From assembly GCA_963665235.2 (NCBI GenBank), contig CAXXLX010000001.1, positions 1,984,001 to 2,048,000 of the forward strand: a stretch of 64,000 nucleotides of DNA. Direction: 5' to 3'. The translations under genes were made by a program, and so were the position numbers. Under the pieces are notes generated by a model. It did not search any database and was not told the DNA's origin. It saw only the letters and a list, made by a program, of their open reading frames with translations. This DNA is from Candidatus Poribacteria bacterium (GTDB taxonomy: Bacteria > Poribacteria > WGA-4E > WGA-3G). Each line of letters starts with the position of its first letter. The first letter of the stretch is position 1. This document shows, piece after piece, positions 18,958 to 28,828 of this stretch.

Positions 18958-20658
18958 ATGCAAAAAATTAACCTTAATAATAAAACACCGTCCCTCTATC
19001 CGCTTCTCATCTCTATCCTCATCTCGACTTTTATAGGGGGACAACACTATATGCCTGCAGCAGCGCAGCCGCTCTTCGTTGACACTACCGAGGCAGCGGG
19101 CATTAAATTTGAACACACCGACGGGAGAAGCGGTGTCCGACTTTTCAATGAATTTCTCGGCTCCGGCGGCGGTTTTTTCGATTATGACGCTGATGGTGAC
19201 CTGGACATCTATCTTGTCAACGGCGCAGTTCAGACAGGAGACGCGCAAACCGAAACACCACGTAACGTGCTTTATCGCAACAACGGAGATGGAACGTTCA
19301 CCAATGTCACGCAAACAGCCGGTGTCGGCAGTACTGCTTACGGTGCAGGCGCAACGGTTGGCGATTACGATAACGATGGCGACCTTGACCTTTACGTCAC
19401 CAATTTTGGCGAAGACCAACTTTACCGAAACAACGGAGATAGCACATTTACAGATGTCACAAAACTGGCGAAAGTCGCCAATCCGAACTGGGGGACAAGT
19501 TGTGCTTTCGCGGATATTGATAACGATGGCGATTTAGACCTCTATATAGCAAATTACGCAGCATATCACACCAAGGCGGATAAGAGGTGTGAAGAGCGAG
19601 GCGTTCACGTCTACTGCGGGCCCCACGCCTATCCCGCTGTTCACGATACGTTTTATAAAAACAACGGAGATGGAACGTTTACAGATGTCTCAAACGTATA
19701 CCGTCCTTCAGACCTGATTCCGCAGCACGGATTGGGCGTAACGTTCGGGGATTACGACAGCGATGGGGATATAGATTTATACGTGGCAAATGATCAAGAT
19801 CCAAACTTCCTATTTCAAAACAGTGGAAAAGAAAATTTTTTAGAGATTGCCTTAATTTCCGGAGTTTGCTATAATGATATGGGTAAAGAGGAAGCCGGAA
19901 TGGGCACCGACTTCGGTGACTATAACAACGATGGACAGCTTGACCTTACTGTCAGCAACTATCAGACAGAAACAAATACGCTTTACCATAATCACGACGG
20001 CTCTTTTTTTATAGACAATACCATTGTGTCAGGTATAGCCGAGGTGACACACGGGTACCTCGGATGGGGTATCAAGTTCTTTGATTACGACAACGATGGA
20101 TACCAAGATATCTTTGTCGCAAACGGACACGTGATGGACAACATAAACCAACTTGAAAAGCACGTGACCTATCCACAAAAAAATCTGCTGTTTCGGAATT
20201 TAGGCGATGGGACGTTCGCTCATGTCGTATCTCAGACCGGCGGTTTAGCGTTGAAAAAGGTCAGCCGGGGCACAGCTATCGGCGATTACGACAACGATGG
20301 CGACCTTGATATCCTGGTCACGAACTGCAATCAACGCCCGGATCTTTTGCAAAACACGGTCGGCAATCGAAACAATTGGATACAAATTCAGGTTGTCGGC
20401 AAACAGAGCAATCGTTCCGGCATTGGGGCAAAACTAAAGATTGTGACCGGCACACACGTTCAGTACCGGGAGGTGCAGAGCGGGGGGAGTTATCTCTCCT
20501 TCCATGACCTGCGCGCCCATTTTGGTGTCGGAAAAGCGGAACAGATTGAACTTCTTGAGATTCGGTGGCCCACGGGGCAAATTGACCGAGCCACGCAGCT
20601 TCCTGCCAATCAACGGTTTTTGGCAGTTGAAGGGAGCGAAATCGTTCCGATACATTAA
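18958..20658 (+). CDS. CRTAC1-family protein (FG-GAP/VCBS repeats + ASPIC/UnbV domain)
   Basis: Repeated DYDNDGDLD motifs; C-terminal GGSYLS..DLRAHFGVG...IRWPTG; start uncertain (18937 or 18958). Confidence 0.9.
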   Translation: MQKINLNNKTPSLYPLLISILISTFIGGQHYMPAAAQPLFVDTTEAAGIKFEHTDGRSGVRLFNEFLGSGGGFFDYDADGDLDIYLVNGAVQTGDAQTETPRNVLYRNNGDGTFTNVTQTAGVGSTAYGAGATVGDYDNDGDLDLYVTNFGEDQLYRNNGDSTFTDVTKLAKVANPNWGTSCAFADIDNDGDLDLYIANYAAYHTKADKRCEERGVHVYCGPHAYPAVHDTFYKNNGDGTFTDVSNVYRPSDLIPQHGLGVTFGDYDSDGDIDLYVANDQDPNFLFQNSGKENFLEIALISGVCYNDMGKEEAGMGTDFGDYNNDGQLDLTVSNYQTETNTLYHNHDGSFFIDNTIVSGIAEVTHGYLGWGIKFFDYDNDGYQDIFVANGHVMDNINQLEKHVTYPQKNLLFRNLGDGTFAHVVSQTGGLALKKVSRGTAIGDYDNDGDLDILVTNCNQRPDLLQNTVGNRNNWIQIQVVGKQSNRSGIGAKLKIVTGTHVQYREVQSGGSYLSFHDLRAHFGVGKAEQIELLEIRWPTGQIDRATQLPANQRFLAVEGSEIVPIH

Positions 20659-20672
20659 AAATTGTGTGATTT

Positions 20673-21464
20673 ATGAAAACGAAATCCCTATTTGTAATGC
20701 TCATATTCATAACGTTTGCTATCCCCTCGGTTCAAGCAGCAAATGAACCGGACGATTCGCTTATCCTCTACATGTCTTTTGATAAAATTGATGGAATACG
20801 GACGACTGACCACTCAAACTATGAAAATCATGGCGAAACGAGGGGCAATCCAAAACACGTTCAAGGCAAATTCGGTAAAGCCCTCCAATTTAACGGGGTC
20901 TCCGAATTTGTTGAAATTCCACATCACGAATCGCTTACCGTAGAGCAGGATGTCACGGTCATGGCATGGATTCATACTGAGAGACATACAGGTCCTGATA
21001 ACGCGCGATGGCAAGGTATTATGGCAAAGGGCAATAACCCGCGTTCCTACAGTTTGTGGACTGAAGCAAATAGTAAATGTTTGCACCTTAGCGTAGGTCC
21101 ACCACAAGGGGGTGGGAGTGTGTGCCAAGGTGAAATCAAGCTAAACGAATGGCAACATGTTGTCGCACAAGTGAGTGATGGCACGCACCGGTATTGGATT
21201 AACGGGCAGAAGGTTGGTGAAGTCGGTAACAAGCCGAATCCGCCCGGCGCAGCAGATACATCCCCCGTCGTCATCGGAACTGCGGGGGGCGGAAACATCC
21301 GATACTTCCTCGGTATGATTGACGAAGTCCGTATCTGGAACCGTGCCCTCTCTGAAGAAGAGATCCAGACACAGATGACTAAAGGGCATTTTGAAATTTT
21401 TTCTGTTGACCCTCAACAAAAAATAACCACTACTTGGGGTAACCTGAAGGCTCAACAGCGATAA
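20673..21464 (+). CDS. Secreted LamG/concanavalin-like domain protein
   Basis: Signal peptide; GKFGKALQFNG, WQHVV and IDEVRIWNRALS motifs; C-terminal VDPQQKITTTWGNLK. Confidence 0.9.
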   Translation: MKTKSLFVMLIFITFAIPSVQAANEPDDSLILYMSFDKIDGIRTTDHSNYENHGETRGNPKHVQGKFGKALQFNGVSEFVEIPHHESLTVEQDVTVMAWIHTERHTGPDNARWQGIMAKGNNPRSYSLWTEANSKCLHLSVGPPQGGGSVCQGEIKLNEWQHVVAQVSDGTHRYWINGQKVGEVGNKPNPPGAADTSPVVIGTAGGGNIRYFLGMIDEVRIWNRALSEEEIQTQMTKGHFEIFSVDPQQKITTTWGNLKAQQR

Positions 21465-21565
21465 AATGGACGTTCATTTCTGATACGTCCTTAAATAAAG
21501 GCCCCTGCTGTGTATACAAGAAATACCTGCGGGCCCTTTCGAATCTATAACTAAGGAGGAGAGAT

Positions 21566-22339
21566 ATGAAATCTCTGATAGTCATGTTAGCACTTCTAAC
21601 GTTTGCGGCATCTTTTGCCCATGCGTTGAACGAACCGGAGGATGCGCTCATCCTCTACATGTCTTTTGACACAGTTGATGGAAAAACCACCCTCGACCAT
21701 TCAAAGTATGAAAACAATGGCGAAATGAAGGGTAATCCGAAACATGTTGCCGGTAAATTCGGTAAAGCCTTAGAATTCAACGGTCAAGATGATTGGATCG
21801 AAATCCCACATCATGATACACTCACCGTTGATAAGAATGTTACCGTCATGGCTTGGATTCATACTGAGAGACACATGGGACCGAATAACCAGCGTTGGCA
21901 AGGTATTCTAGCGAAAAGCAACAACCCGCGTTCCTACAGCTTCTATACCGAATCTCCAAGTCAATGTTTGCACTTCGTTTCTGGCGGTGGTAGCGTTTGT
22001 GAAGGCAAAGTTGCCCTCAATGAGTGGCAGCATGTTGCTGCACAATTGGATAATGGAACACACCGGTATTGGATTAATGGTAAAAATGTTGGGGAATACC
22101 CTAACAAATCGAATCCGCCCGGTAAAGCTGATACATCCGTTGTTTTCATTGGAACAACAGCGGAAGGCGCGAACCGAAGGTTCCTCGGATTGATTGATGA
22201 AGTCCGCATCTGGAACCGCGCACTTACCGAAGATGAGGTCGTCGAGCAGATGAATAGGGGACATTTTGAACTCTTCCCTGTCGACCCACAGCATAAATTG
22301 GCAACAACGTGGGGCACCCTGAAAGCTCGCGAACAGTAA
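21566..22339 (+). CDS. Secreted LamG/concanavalin-like domain protein (paralog 2)
   Basis: Same motifs as paralog 1; C-terminal VDPQHKLATTWGTLK. Confidence 0.9.
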   Translation: MKSLIVMLALLTFAASFAHALNEPEDALILYMSFDTVDGKTTLDHSKYENNGEMKGNPKHVAGKFGKALEFNGQDDWIEIPHHDTLTVDKNVTVMAWIHTERHMGPNNQRWQGILAKSNNPRSYSFYTESPSQCLHFVSGGGSVCEGKVALNEWQHVAAQLDNGTHRYWINGKNVGEYPNKSNPPGKADTSVVFIGTTAEGANRRFLGLIDEVRIWNRALTEDEVVEQMNRGHFELFPVDPQHKLATTWGTLKAREQ

Positions 22340-22427
22340 ACGCAAGAGTAGACTCACCTCTAGCTCTATTATTTTTTTTGAACCGGACAACTTCCGGAAT
22401 TTTCAAAACGCAATTTAGGAGGAAATA

Positions 22428-23204
22428 ATGACCATGAGATTTATGTTTGTTGTATTAATTCTCACCGCGTTCGTAGCGTCTTTCGCTAACGCCGCTGAAG
22501 AGGCGGATGATTCACTCATCCTCTACTTCTCTTTTGATGAATTGGATGGCGATACCGCAATTGACCATTCACAGTATGAGAATAACGGTGCCGTCCAAGG
22601 CGCACCTGCCCTAGTAGATGGTAAGTTCGGAAAGGCACTCAAATTTAACGGCGAAAGTGATTGGATTGAAGTGCCACACGACCCCAGTCTTAACGTTGAA
22701 ACGAGTGTCACCGTCATGGCATGGATTAATGCTGAAAGACACACGGGACCGAATAACCAACGTTGGCAAGGTATTTTAGCGAAAAGCAACAATCCGCGTT
22801 CCTACAGCTTCTACACCGAATCCCCGAGTGAATGTTTGCACCTCGCCGCAGGCGGCGGTAGCGTTTGCACCGGAAAAGTTGAGCTCAACAAATGGCAACA
22901 TGTTGTTGGACAAGTTGATGATGGTACACATAGGTACTGGATTAACGGCGAAAACGTTGGGGAATTTAGCGGCAAGGGGGCTTTACCAGGAGCTGCTGAT
23001 ACATCACCTGTTTATGTCGGAACCACGGCAGAAGGCGCGAACCGAAGATTCCTCGGATTGATTGACGAAGTTCGCATCTGGAATCGCGCACTTACCGAAG
23101 AAGAGGTTATCCAAGAGATGGAAATGGGATATCCAGCCGGAACAGCTGTCGATGCCCGCGATAAACTCGCTACAACGTGGGGCACCCTAAAAGCTCGTAG
23201 ATAA
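22428..23204 (+). CDS. Secreted LamG/concanavalin-like domain protein (paralog 3)
   Basis: Same motifs as paralog 1; C-terminal VDARDKLATTWGTLK. Confidence 0.9.
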   Translation: MTMRFMFVVLILTAFVASFANAAEEADDSLILYFSFDELDGDTAIDHSQYENNGAVQGAPALVDGKFGKALKFNGESDWIEVPHDPSLNVETSVTVMAWINAERHTGPNNQRWQGILAKSNNPRSYSFYTESPSECLHLAAGGGSVCTGKVELNKWQHVVGQVDDGTHRYWINGENVGEFSGKGALPGAADTSPVYVGTTAEGANRRFLGLIDEVRIWNRALTEEEVIQEMEMGYPAGTAVDARDKLATTWGTLKARR

Positions 23205-23224
23205 CTGTCTATTCACGTATCACC

Positions 23225-23249
23225 TGTAGGTGGGTCGAACCCACCTACA
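23225..23249. repeat. GTAG-type palindrome TGTAGGTGGG-TCGAA-CCCACCTACA
   Basis: Inverted repeat between LamG3 and the cupin gene. Confidence 0.6.
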
Positions 23250-23274
23250 GCTTTCAAAGGAGGACACGGACAAA

Positions 23275-23676
23275 GTGAAAGGTAAATTTATAACGTCAAA
23301 AGAGGTCGAACGGGACCATTTGGACTGGGGCACCATCGGGTGGTTGAGCCGCCCAGAAACGACGAATGCGAAAGATATTGTCGCAATGGAAGTTAGCCTC
23401 TCCCCCGGATACGGACACGATTTTCATAAACACCCCGACCAAGAAGAGGTTATCTACGTCATCGAAGGCAGTGTGGAGCAGTGGCTTGAAGATAAGAAGC
23501 AAACCCTGAACGCGGGCGATTCTGTCTTCATCGCAGCGGATGTCGTCCATGCATCCTTTAATGTCTCATCTCAACCCGCAAAACTCTTTGTTACCCTAAG
23601 CCCCAGCAAAGGGGAAGAGGGGTATCAACTCATCGACGTTTACGATGAAGCACCGTGGAATACACTCCGCTCGTGA
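23275..23676 (+). CDS. Cupin domain protein
   Basis: HDFHKHPDQEEVIYVIEG...GDSVFI...VHASFN; GTG start after AGGAGG. Confidence 0.85.
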   Translation: MKGKFITSKEVERDHLDWGTIGWLSRPETTNAKDIVAMEVSLSPGYGHDFHKHPDQEEVIYVIEGSVEQWLEDKKQTLNAGDSVFIAADVVHASFNVSSQPAKLFVTLSPSKGEEGYQLIDVYDEAPWNTLRS

Positions 23677-23685
23677 TTTTAACTT

Positions 23686-24113
23686 ATATCATTTCTAATT
23701 GAAAATGTCTCTTTATTGTAGCATAAACTTCCAGTTTGTGCCGTTCTTGTAGCATAAACTTCCAGTTTGTGCCGTTATTGTAGCATAAACTTCCAGTTTG
23801 TGCCGTTCTTGTAGCATAAACTTCCAGTTTGTGCCGTTCTTGTAGCATAAACTTCCAGTTTGTGCCGTTCTTGTAGCATAAACTTCCAGTTTGTGCCGTT
23901 CTTGTAGCATAAACTTCCAGTTTGTGCCGTTATTGTAGCATAAACTTCCAGTTTGTGCCGTTATTGTAGCATAAACTTCCAGTTTGTGCCGTTCTTGTAG
24001 CATAAACTTCCAGTTTGTGCCGTTCTTGTAGCATAAACTTTTAGTTTGGGTCTTCCGTTCTCCGTTTCATTTCTAACAACCGGTAATGATAGAATAATTA
24101 ATAAAAATGGTAT
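23686..24113. mobile_element. Second copy of the 118-bp MITE with its internal REP expanded to 11 tandem 31-bp units
   Basis: Units GTAGCATAAACTTCCAGTTTGTGCCGTT(C/A)TT start every 31 bp from 23718 to 24028; total 428 bp = 118 + 10x31. Confidence 0.9.
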
Positions 24114-24129
24114 TAGGAGTTGGACAAAC

Positions 24130-24960
24130 ATGCTTGGAACATCGGTACCCGAAACAGTCGCACCCCTGCGCCAACAAATGCGCGAATTCTATGAAACCTC
24201 GGAGGCTTACAAGCAGCTCCTCGCTGCACACGATGAAACCTACCTCCGACATTACGTAGAATTGGTAACCCGTTATGCCCCGCCTGAGGCGAAAGTCCTT
24301 GACCTCGGCTGCGGAAACGGCATCTCCGCGCGGCTGCTCAATCAGGCACATTTCGATGTCGTTGGAGCAGACATCTCCCCACTCTTCCTTGAGGAAGCAC
24401 AAGCGTGGGAAAACCCACGGCTACAGTATAGGGTCTGCGACGTGCTAGAACTTCCGTTTGAAGCGGAGTCATTTGATGTTATCTGCTCAAACGAGCTCAT
24501 TGAACACCTGCCCGACGTTGAAACGGCATTAACCGAGATGATGCGGGTTGTACGGAAGGGCGGCAGAATTGTGCTGTCCGGACCGAACCTCTGTTCACCG
24601 ATAACCCCGTTTCTAGATTGGGTAGCACTCATGTGTGGTAAAGCGGGCCGACCTATATGGGGGGAAACGAAACGGCAAACGTTGCAAAACCTTGGACGCA
24701 ACTGTCGGCTTTATGTGCAGAAACGATTTGCAAGAAAACCGCCACAGTTCATCTATCGAACACCCGATTTACAGGCAGATGCCATCGGCGGCGATGCCGA
24801 CAGTGCATATTATGCTAACCCCATCGACCTCGCCCAATTTTTTCGGTTGCATGGGTTCACGGTTGTCAAAAAAGCGGTTGGCTTCGGCATAAAGGGCAGA
24901 ATTGTCGCCAACATGTTTCCGTATTTGAGCCCTTATATCACTATGGTCGTCCAGAAATGA
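24130..24960 (+). CDS. Class I SAM-dependent methyltransferase
   Basis: VLDLGCGNG, GADIS and LPFEAESFDVI motifs. Confidence 0.9.
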   Translation: MLGTSVPETVAPLRQQMREFYETSEAYKQLLAAHDETYLRHYVELVTRYAPPEAKVLDLGCGNGISARLLNQAHFDVVGADISPLFLEEAQAWENPRLQYRVCDVLELPFEAESFDVICSNELIEHLPDVETALTEMMRVVRKGGRIVLSGPNLCSPITPFLDWVALMCGKAGRPIWGETKRQTLQNLGRNCRLYVQKRFARKPPQFIYRTPDLQADAIGGDADSAYYANPIDLAQFFRLHGFTVVKKAVGFGIKGRIVANMFPYLSPYITMVVQK

Positions 24961-25796
24961 ATATTCGCGCAAACGATTTTGTCTTAGAGATAGGGAGCGG
25001 CCACAATCCGAAGGCACGGTCCAATGTCTTGTGCGATAAATTCATAACCGATGACGAACAACGCGGCGGAACGATTGTAACCGACCGGCCGATAGTGGAA
25101 GCGGATGGACAATTTCTGCCTTTCGCAGATGGCGCATTTGACTACGTTATCTGTTCACATGTCCTAGAACATGTTGAAACACCCGAGCTGCTTATCTCCG
25201 AATTGATGCGTGTAGCCCCCCGCGGCTATATTGAAACACCCTCCGAAGTGGGTGAACGTATCTACGGATGGCATTATCATAATTGGGTCGTTAACCTCAT
25301 TGATGGTCGGCTGGTACTACAAAAAAACGATAAACGTGCCGAATTTGGACAGCTTTTTCACACCTTAGCGGCAAAAGATAAGTCCTGGCGTAGGTTTCAT
25401 ATTACGCACCACCGCCTTTTCCTGGTCCAATACGAATGGGAAGGCAAAATCGACTATGAGATAGTAGACGCACAAGAATCACCATTGGACCTGACATGTC
25501 CGCAGACAATAGAGGAACTCCTCACACCGACGGTTTCAAAACAGACGCAACACGGCTTTTTACTAATTCTTAAAAGTTTAGTGCCACGTAGTGTTGCATC
25601 TCGCGCCAAATCGCTTTTAGCAAAACGGAGAAGTCGTCAAACGAAAACATTGAAGGAGATTATAGTTTGTCCGCAGTGTAAAGGCGAAATCTTATGGGAA
25701 GCAGACAGCCTTCACTGTGAAACGTGCGTTCAGAACTACCCAATTATTGATGGAATTCCGAGATTTACAAACGATGTAGAAACAAAAAACGCATAG
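24957..25796 (+). CDS. Methyltransferase-domain protein with C-terminal Trm112-like Zn knuckle
   Basis: VLEIGSGHNP, FDYVICSHVLEH; C-terminal IVCPQCKG...CETC...YPIIDGIP. Confidence 0.8.
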   Translation: MNIRANDFVLEIGSGHNPKARSNVLCDKFITDDEQRGGTIVTDRPIVEADGQFLPFADGAFDYVICSHVLEHVETPELLISELMRVAPRGYIETPSEVGERIYGWHYHNWVVNLIDGRLVLQKNDKRAEFGQLFHTLAAKDKSWRRFHITHHRLFLVQYEWEGKIDYEIVDAQESPLDLTCPQTIEELLTPTVSKQTQHGFLLILKSLVPRSVASRAKSLLAKRRSRQTKTLKEIIVCPQCKGEILWEADSLHCETCVQNYPIIDGIPRFTNDVETKNA

Positions 25797-25837
25797 GGGG
25801 CGGTTTTTCCGTATAGTTTTCCAAACCGCGAATCATA

Positions 25838-26815
25838 ATGAATTTAGTTCCAAAAGAATTTATCCGCGTCATGCCAGATGTCCTCCGCGGGTTCGTCAGT
25901 AAAGCGTTCCAGAAGGCTGGAACCTCGGCAGAAGATGCCGCGCATATAGCAAACCTATTAGTTCTCACCGACCTGCGCGGCGTGTTCAGTCATGGCACGC
26001 GCCAAGTGCCGGGTTATATCGGAATGATGCTTGATGGCAAAGTCAATCCACGTCCAAACGTCCGTTGCATCGATGAATCCCCAACAACAGCCGTCTACGA
26101 CGGTGATGGCGGTATGGGACATTTCGCCGCATATCACGCTGCAAAAGCCGCTGTCAAAAAAGCCAAAGAGATGGGACTCGGTGCCGCAACGAGCCGGAAT
26201 CACTTCCACTTCGGGGGTGCTGGCAAATATTCACGACTCGCGCTTGAAGCCGATTGCGTGGGGTTCGCGGTCTCCTGTCACCGCTTTCGACACAATCCCA
26301 ACGGCGTAATTGCCACTGCAACCGGTGCCTCACCGATGAGCTTTGCAATTCCCGCCGGCAACCAACCTCCTATAGTTGTCGATATGGCAATCGGTATCGA
26401 TTCCAGAGTGCCGTTGGAGCAAGCGTTTCAACAGAGCCCCGCTGCCTTCTTCAAAATGTTAGGTTTGAGTCATGTGAGCCATGCCCTCGGTGGATTTGTG
26501 GCAGGTATATGGTTGTTCGATAAACCACCGGAGCCCCCAGAAATCTGGGAAGGTGCCAATCAAGGCGGTTTCATCGCGGCGATTGACATCTCCCGATTCC
26601 GACCGATTGACGAGTTTAAAGCCGAAATCGACCAACATATCCACGACGCACGACAGATGCAACCCGCACCCGGTTATGACCGCTCGGACCTACCCGGCGG
26701 ATTAGAATGGGAACGCGAACAGGAATGGGCTGAAATCGGTATCCCGATTAGCGAAGGACATCGTGAACAGTTGAAAAACGTCGCTGAACGCGTTGGCATT
26801 TCGCTACCGTTCTAA
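25838..26815 (+). CDS. Ldh_2 family (malate/L-lactate/L-sulfolactate dehydrogenase-like) oxidoreductase
   Basis: DLRGVFSHG, DGDGGMGH, NHFHFG and LPGGLE motifs. Confidence 0.88.
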   Translation: MNLVPKEFIRVMPDVLRGFVSKAFQKAGTSAEDAAHIANLLVLTDLRGVFSHGTRQVPGYIGMMLDGKVNPRPNVRCIDESPTTAVYDGDGGMGHFAAYHAAKAAVKKAKEMGLGAATSRNHFHFGGAGKYSRLALEADCVGFAVSCHRFRHNPNGVIATATGASPMSFAIPAGNQPPIVVDMAIGIDSRVPLEQAFQQSPAAFFKMLGLSHVSHALGGFVAGIWLFDKPPEPPEIWEGANQGGFIAAIDISRFRPIDEFKAEIDQHIHDARQMQPAPGYDRSDLPGGLEWEREQEWAEIGIPISEGHREQLKNVAERVGISLPF

Positions 26816-26960
26816 ATGTTAACTTCAGGAGGCAGTATCATCAAAAGGAGACTCGCCCTCCTTCAACAATCTAACGAGTTGTGCTAAATGACTTTTTGTC
26901 CAATATTATTTCACACAAACAGAACGTTTTGTCCGTGTTTCTCTTATGTTTGGACGCTCT

Positions 26961-27036
26961 TCAGTCCCATAGGGACGATATATTTATAGATAAGCGTTCC
27001 CCCTTTCTCTTTAGTCCCATAGGGACGATATGTTTG
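26961..27036. repeat. Two REP-like units, family A (AGTCCC-RTA-GGGACGATATNTTTATAG)
   Basis: Same family at 27449, 27508, 27581, 53780, 58312, 63004, 63055, 63476(-) and 63552(-). Confidence 0.8.
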
Positions 27037-27116
27037 TCGGACAACATCCAAATCTGTGAGAAAAACAAAAACAATCAGTTAACTGACACAAGTCGTTAGT
27101 ATAATGTTTATTAAGA

Positions 27117-27510
27117 ATGGAGAAAAGCATTGGTCCTCCGAGACAAACCTTGTTTACAGTTTTCAGTATCCTGTCATCTGGTGTCCGAAGTATCGGTGCC
27201 AGGTTTTAACCGAACGGATACAAAAACGCTTGCACCCGCTAATCTGTTGTAAACAAACCGAGTAGATTTTAAGGTGTGTGCCAGTGAGGTTATGCAAGAC
27301 CCTATGCATTTGATAATAGAAAACAACCCCAAAGTGCCATTTACACGGAAGGTTGGGCTGATAAAAGGTTTTACCTCTAGTGTGCTACGTAGAGGAGTTC
27401 GCATGCTTTATAGAATCTCGCTTACTTTGTTTGCGTCCGAGTTTAAATTTAGTCCTGTAGGGAGCTATCTTTATAGAAGTCAGAAGTTTGAGGTCCAAAA
27501 GCAGTTTTTA
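27117..27510 (+). pseudogene. tnpA: IS200/IS605 TnpA (Y1 HUH transposase) relic, frameshifted
   Basis: Fragments VYSFQYPVIWCPKYR, EVMQDPMHLIIE (degenerate HUH) and IKGFTSSVLR. Confidence 0.75.
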
Positions 27511-27544
27511 GTCCCGTAGGGACCTATCTTTATAGACAGCAAAA

Positions 27545-28600
27545 GAAGTTAGACGTCCGAGTTCGTCTCGGTGGACGAATCTATTCCGTAGGGATCACTA
27601 TCTTTATAGAGGCAAGAAGGGTTTTTGGTTGTCCGATGCTTTCAAGAAATATCTTAAGTTTAAGCGGTATCCCTGCCATGCGCATTCTGTAGAGGCAGTT
27701 ATAGACGACTATTGCGGTGCAAGGCGTTCTTTTTTTGCAATAGGGAAAAATCTTAATCCCAGAGGCAGAAGCCGTCCAAACGGACATATAAATTCCACAC
27801 TTTCACCTGTAGTGCGACGGCTATCACCTATAAAGGCAGACTCCGATTGTCTATGGGTCAAGGACGCGAAGCTGTTTATAGTCCCAAGGTTGACAAGCTA
27901 TTCCATAGATTGGCAACCGAAGTATCCCTTGTCTACAACAAAACAACGCGTTGAGTTCCATGCAACGTCCCAGCCAAAAATAAAACACGGGACAGCCGTA
28001 TCGGTTTATATGAGGTGAAATACGGACCCAACCAGCTTTCGACGGATCACTGCCGAAATCTATCAACGGACGCGAACACCGCAGTAAAGTGCGGTATCGC
28101 GAGAAGTCCAAAGGGGGTCTCAACCGTAAACTCTCAAGATGCAAGCGAGGCAGTCGGCGTTGGAAAAAACTCAAGCGCGCCAAAGACTAAACTCCTTTTC
28201 AAAATAGCGTCGCAGTTACGTGACATGCGACACAAAATCACATCACGTGTTTGTTTCTTGTTGCTTTAAGCGAAAGATAGAAACGGATTGTTATTGGTGA
28301 TATTAAGCATATCCGACAATCCATAAACTACGGTAGAAAACCTCAACCGAAAAGTTACAACAGTGGGCATTAACTCGATTTAGAGAGATCGATTACCTAC
28401 AAAGTCAAAAGCACTTGGTATCAAAGTTGATACCCAAAACGAAGCCTATACCTCTCAAAACAGCCCAAGTTGCGGTAATCTTACGAACACCAGTCAATAC
28501 GCAACTATAAGATGGCCTCTTCAAGAATGCGGGTGGCATGGTCATAGAGATGTAGTCGAATGCGAGTAATATTCTCACAGCGTATGATGGTTACCTTTTT
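27545..28600 (+). pseudogene. tnpB: TnpB (RNA-guided endonuclease) relic with multiple frameshifts
   Basis: Fragments GRIYS, KKGFWLS, HAHSVEAVIDDY..ARRSFF, KFHTFT...LRLSMG, VIGDIKHIR, NEAYTSQ..PSCG and ECGWHGHRDVV in order; GAAGCACACGCCTTTAGGC (~28728-28746) resembles an IS605 right end. Confidence 0.75.
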
Positions 28601-28828
28601 AACCCTGTAGTCGGGGTGGTGGTAACCCCCGTAGGTATCAGTGTATAATCCTCAAAAAATGTTGACAAAGAGGCGTGGTCACCGTTTTCGGGACTCATAT
28701 CAAGTAAACCGTCCATTGCCGCGGTCTGAAGCACACGCCTTTAGGCAGTTCTTAACAAGATATGACGATGTTACCAAGGCCCTATCCAAGTAGCCGTTTA
28801 CAAAATTTAAAAGGAATCAAAAAACACG

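Noticed and set aside
23713-24003. 96-aa repetitive ORF on the minus strand
   Set aside because: Translation artefact of the 31-bp tandem repeat.
23718-24050. Possible CRISPR array (31-bp periodic palindromic repeats)
   Set aside because: Units are contiguous with no unique spacers, there are no cas genes, and a single-unit version of the same MITE exists at 16316-16433.
27449-27610. CRISPR-like mini-array next to tnpB
   Set aside because: The repeats are degenerate, irregularly spaced and belong to a REP family dispersed across the window; tnpB is heavily decayed.
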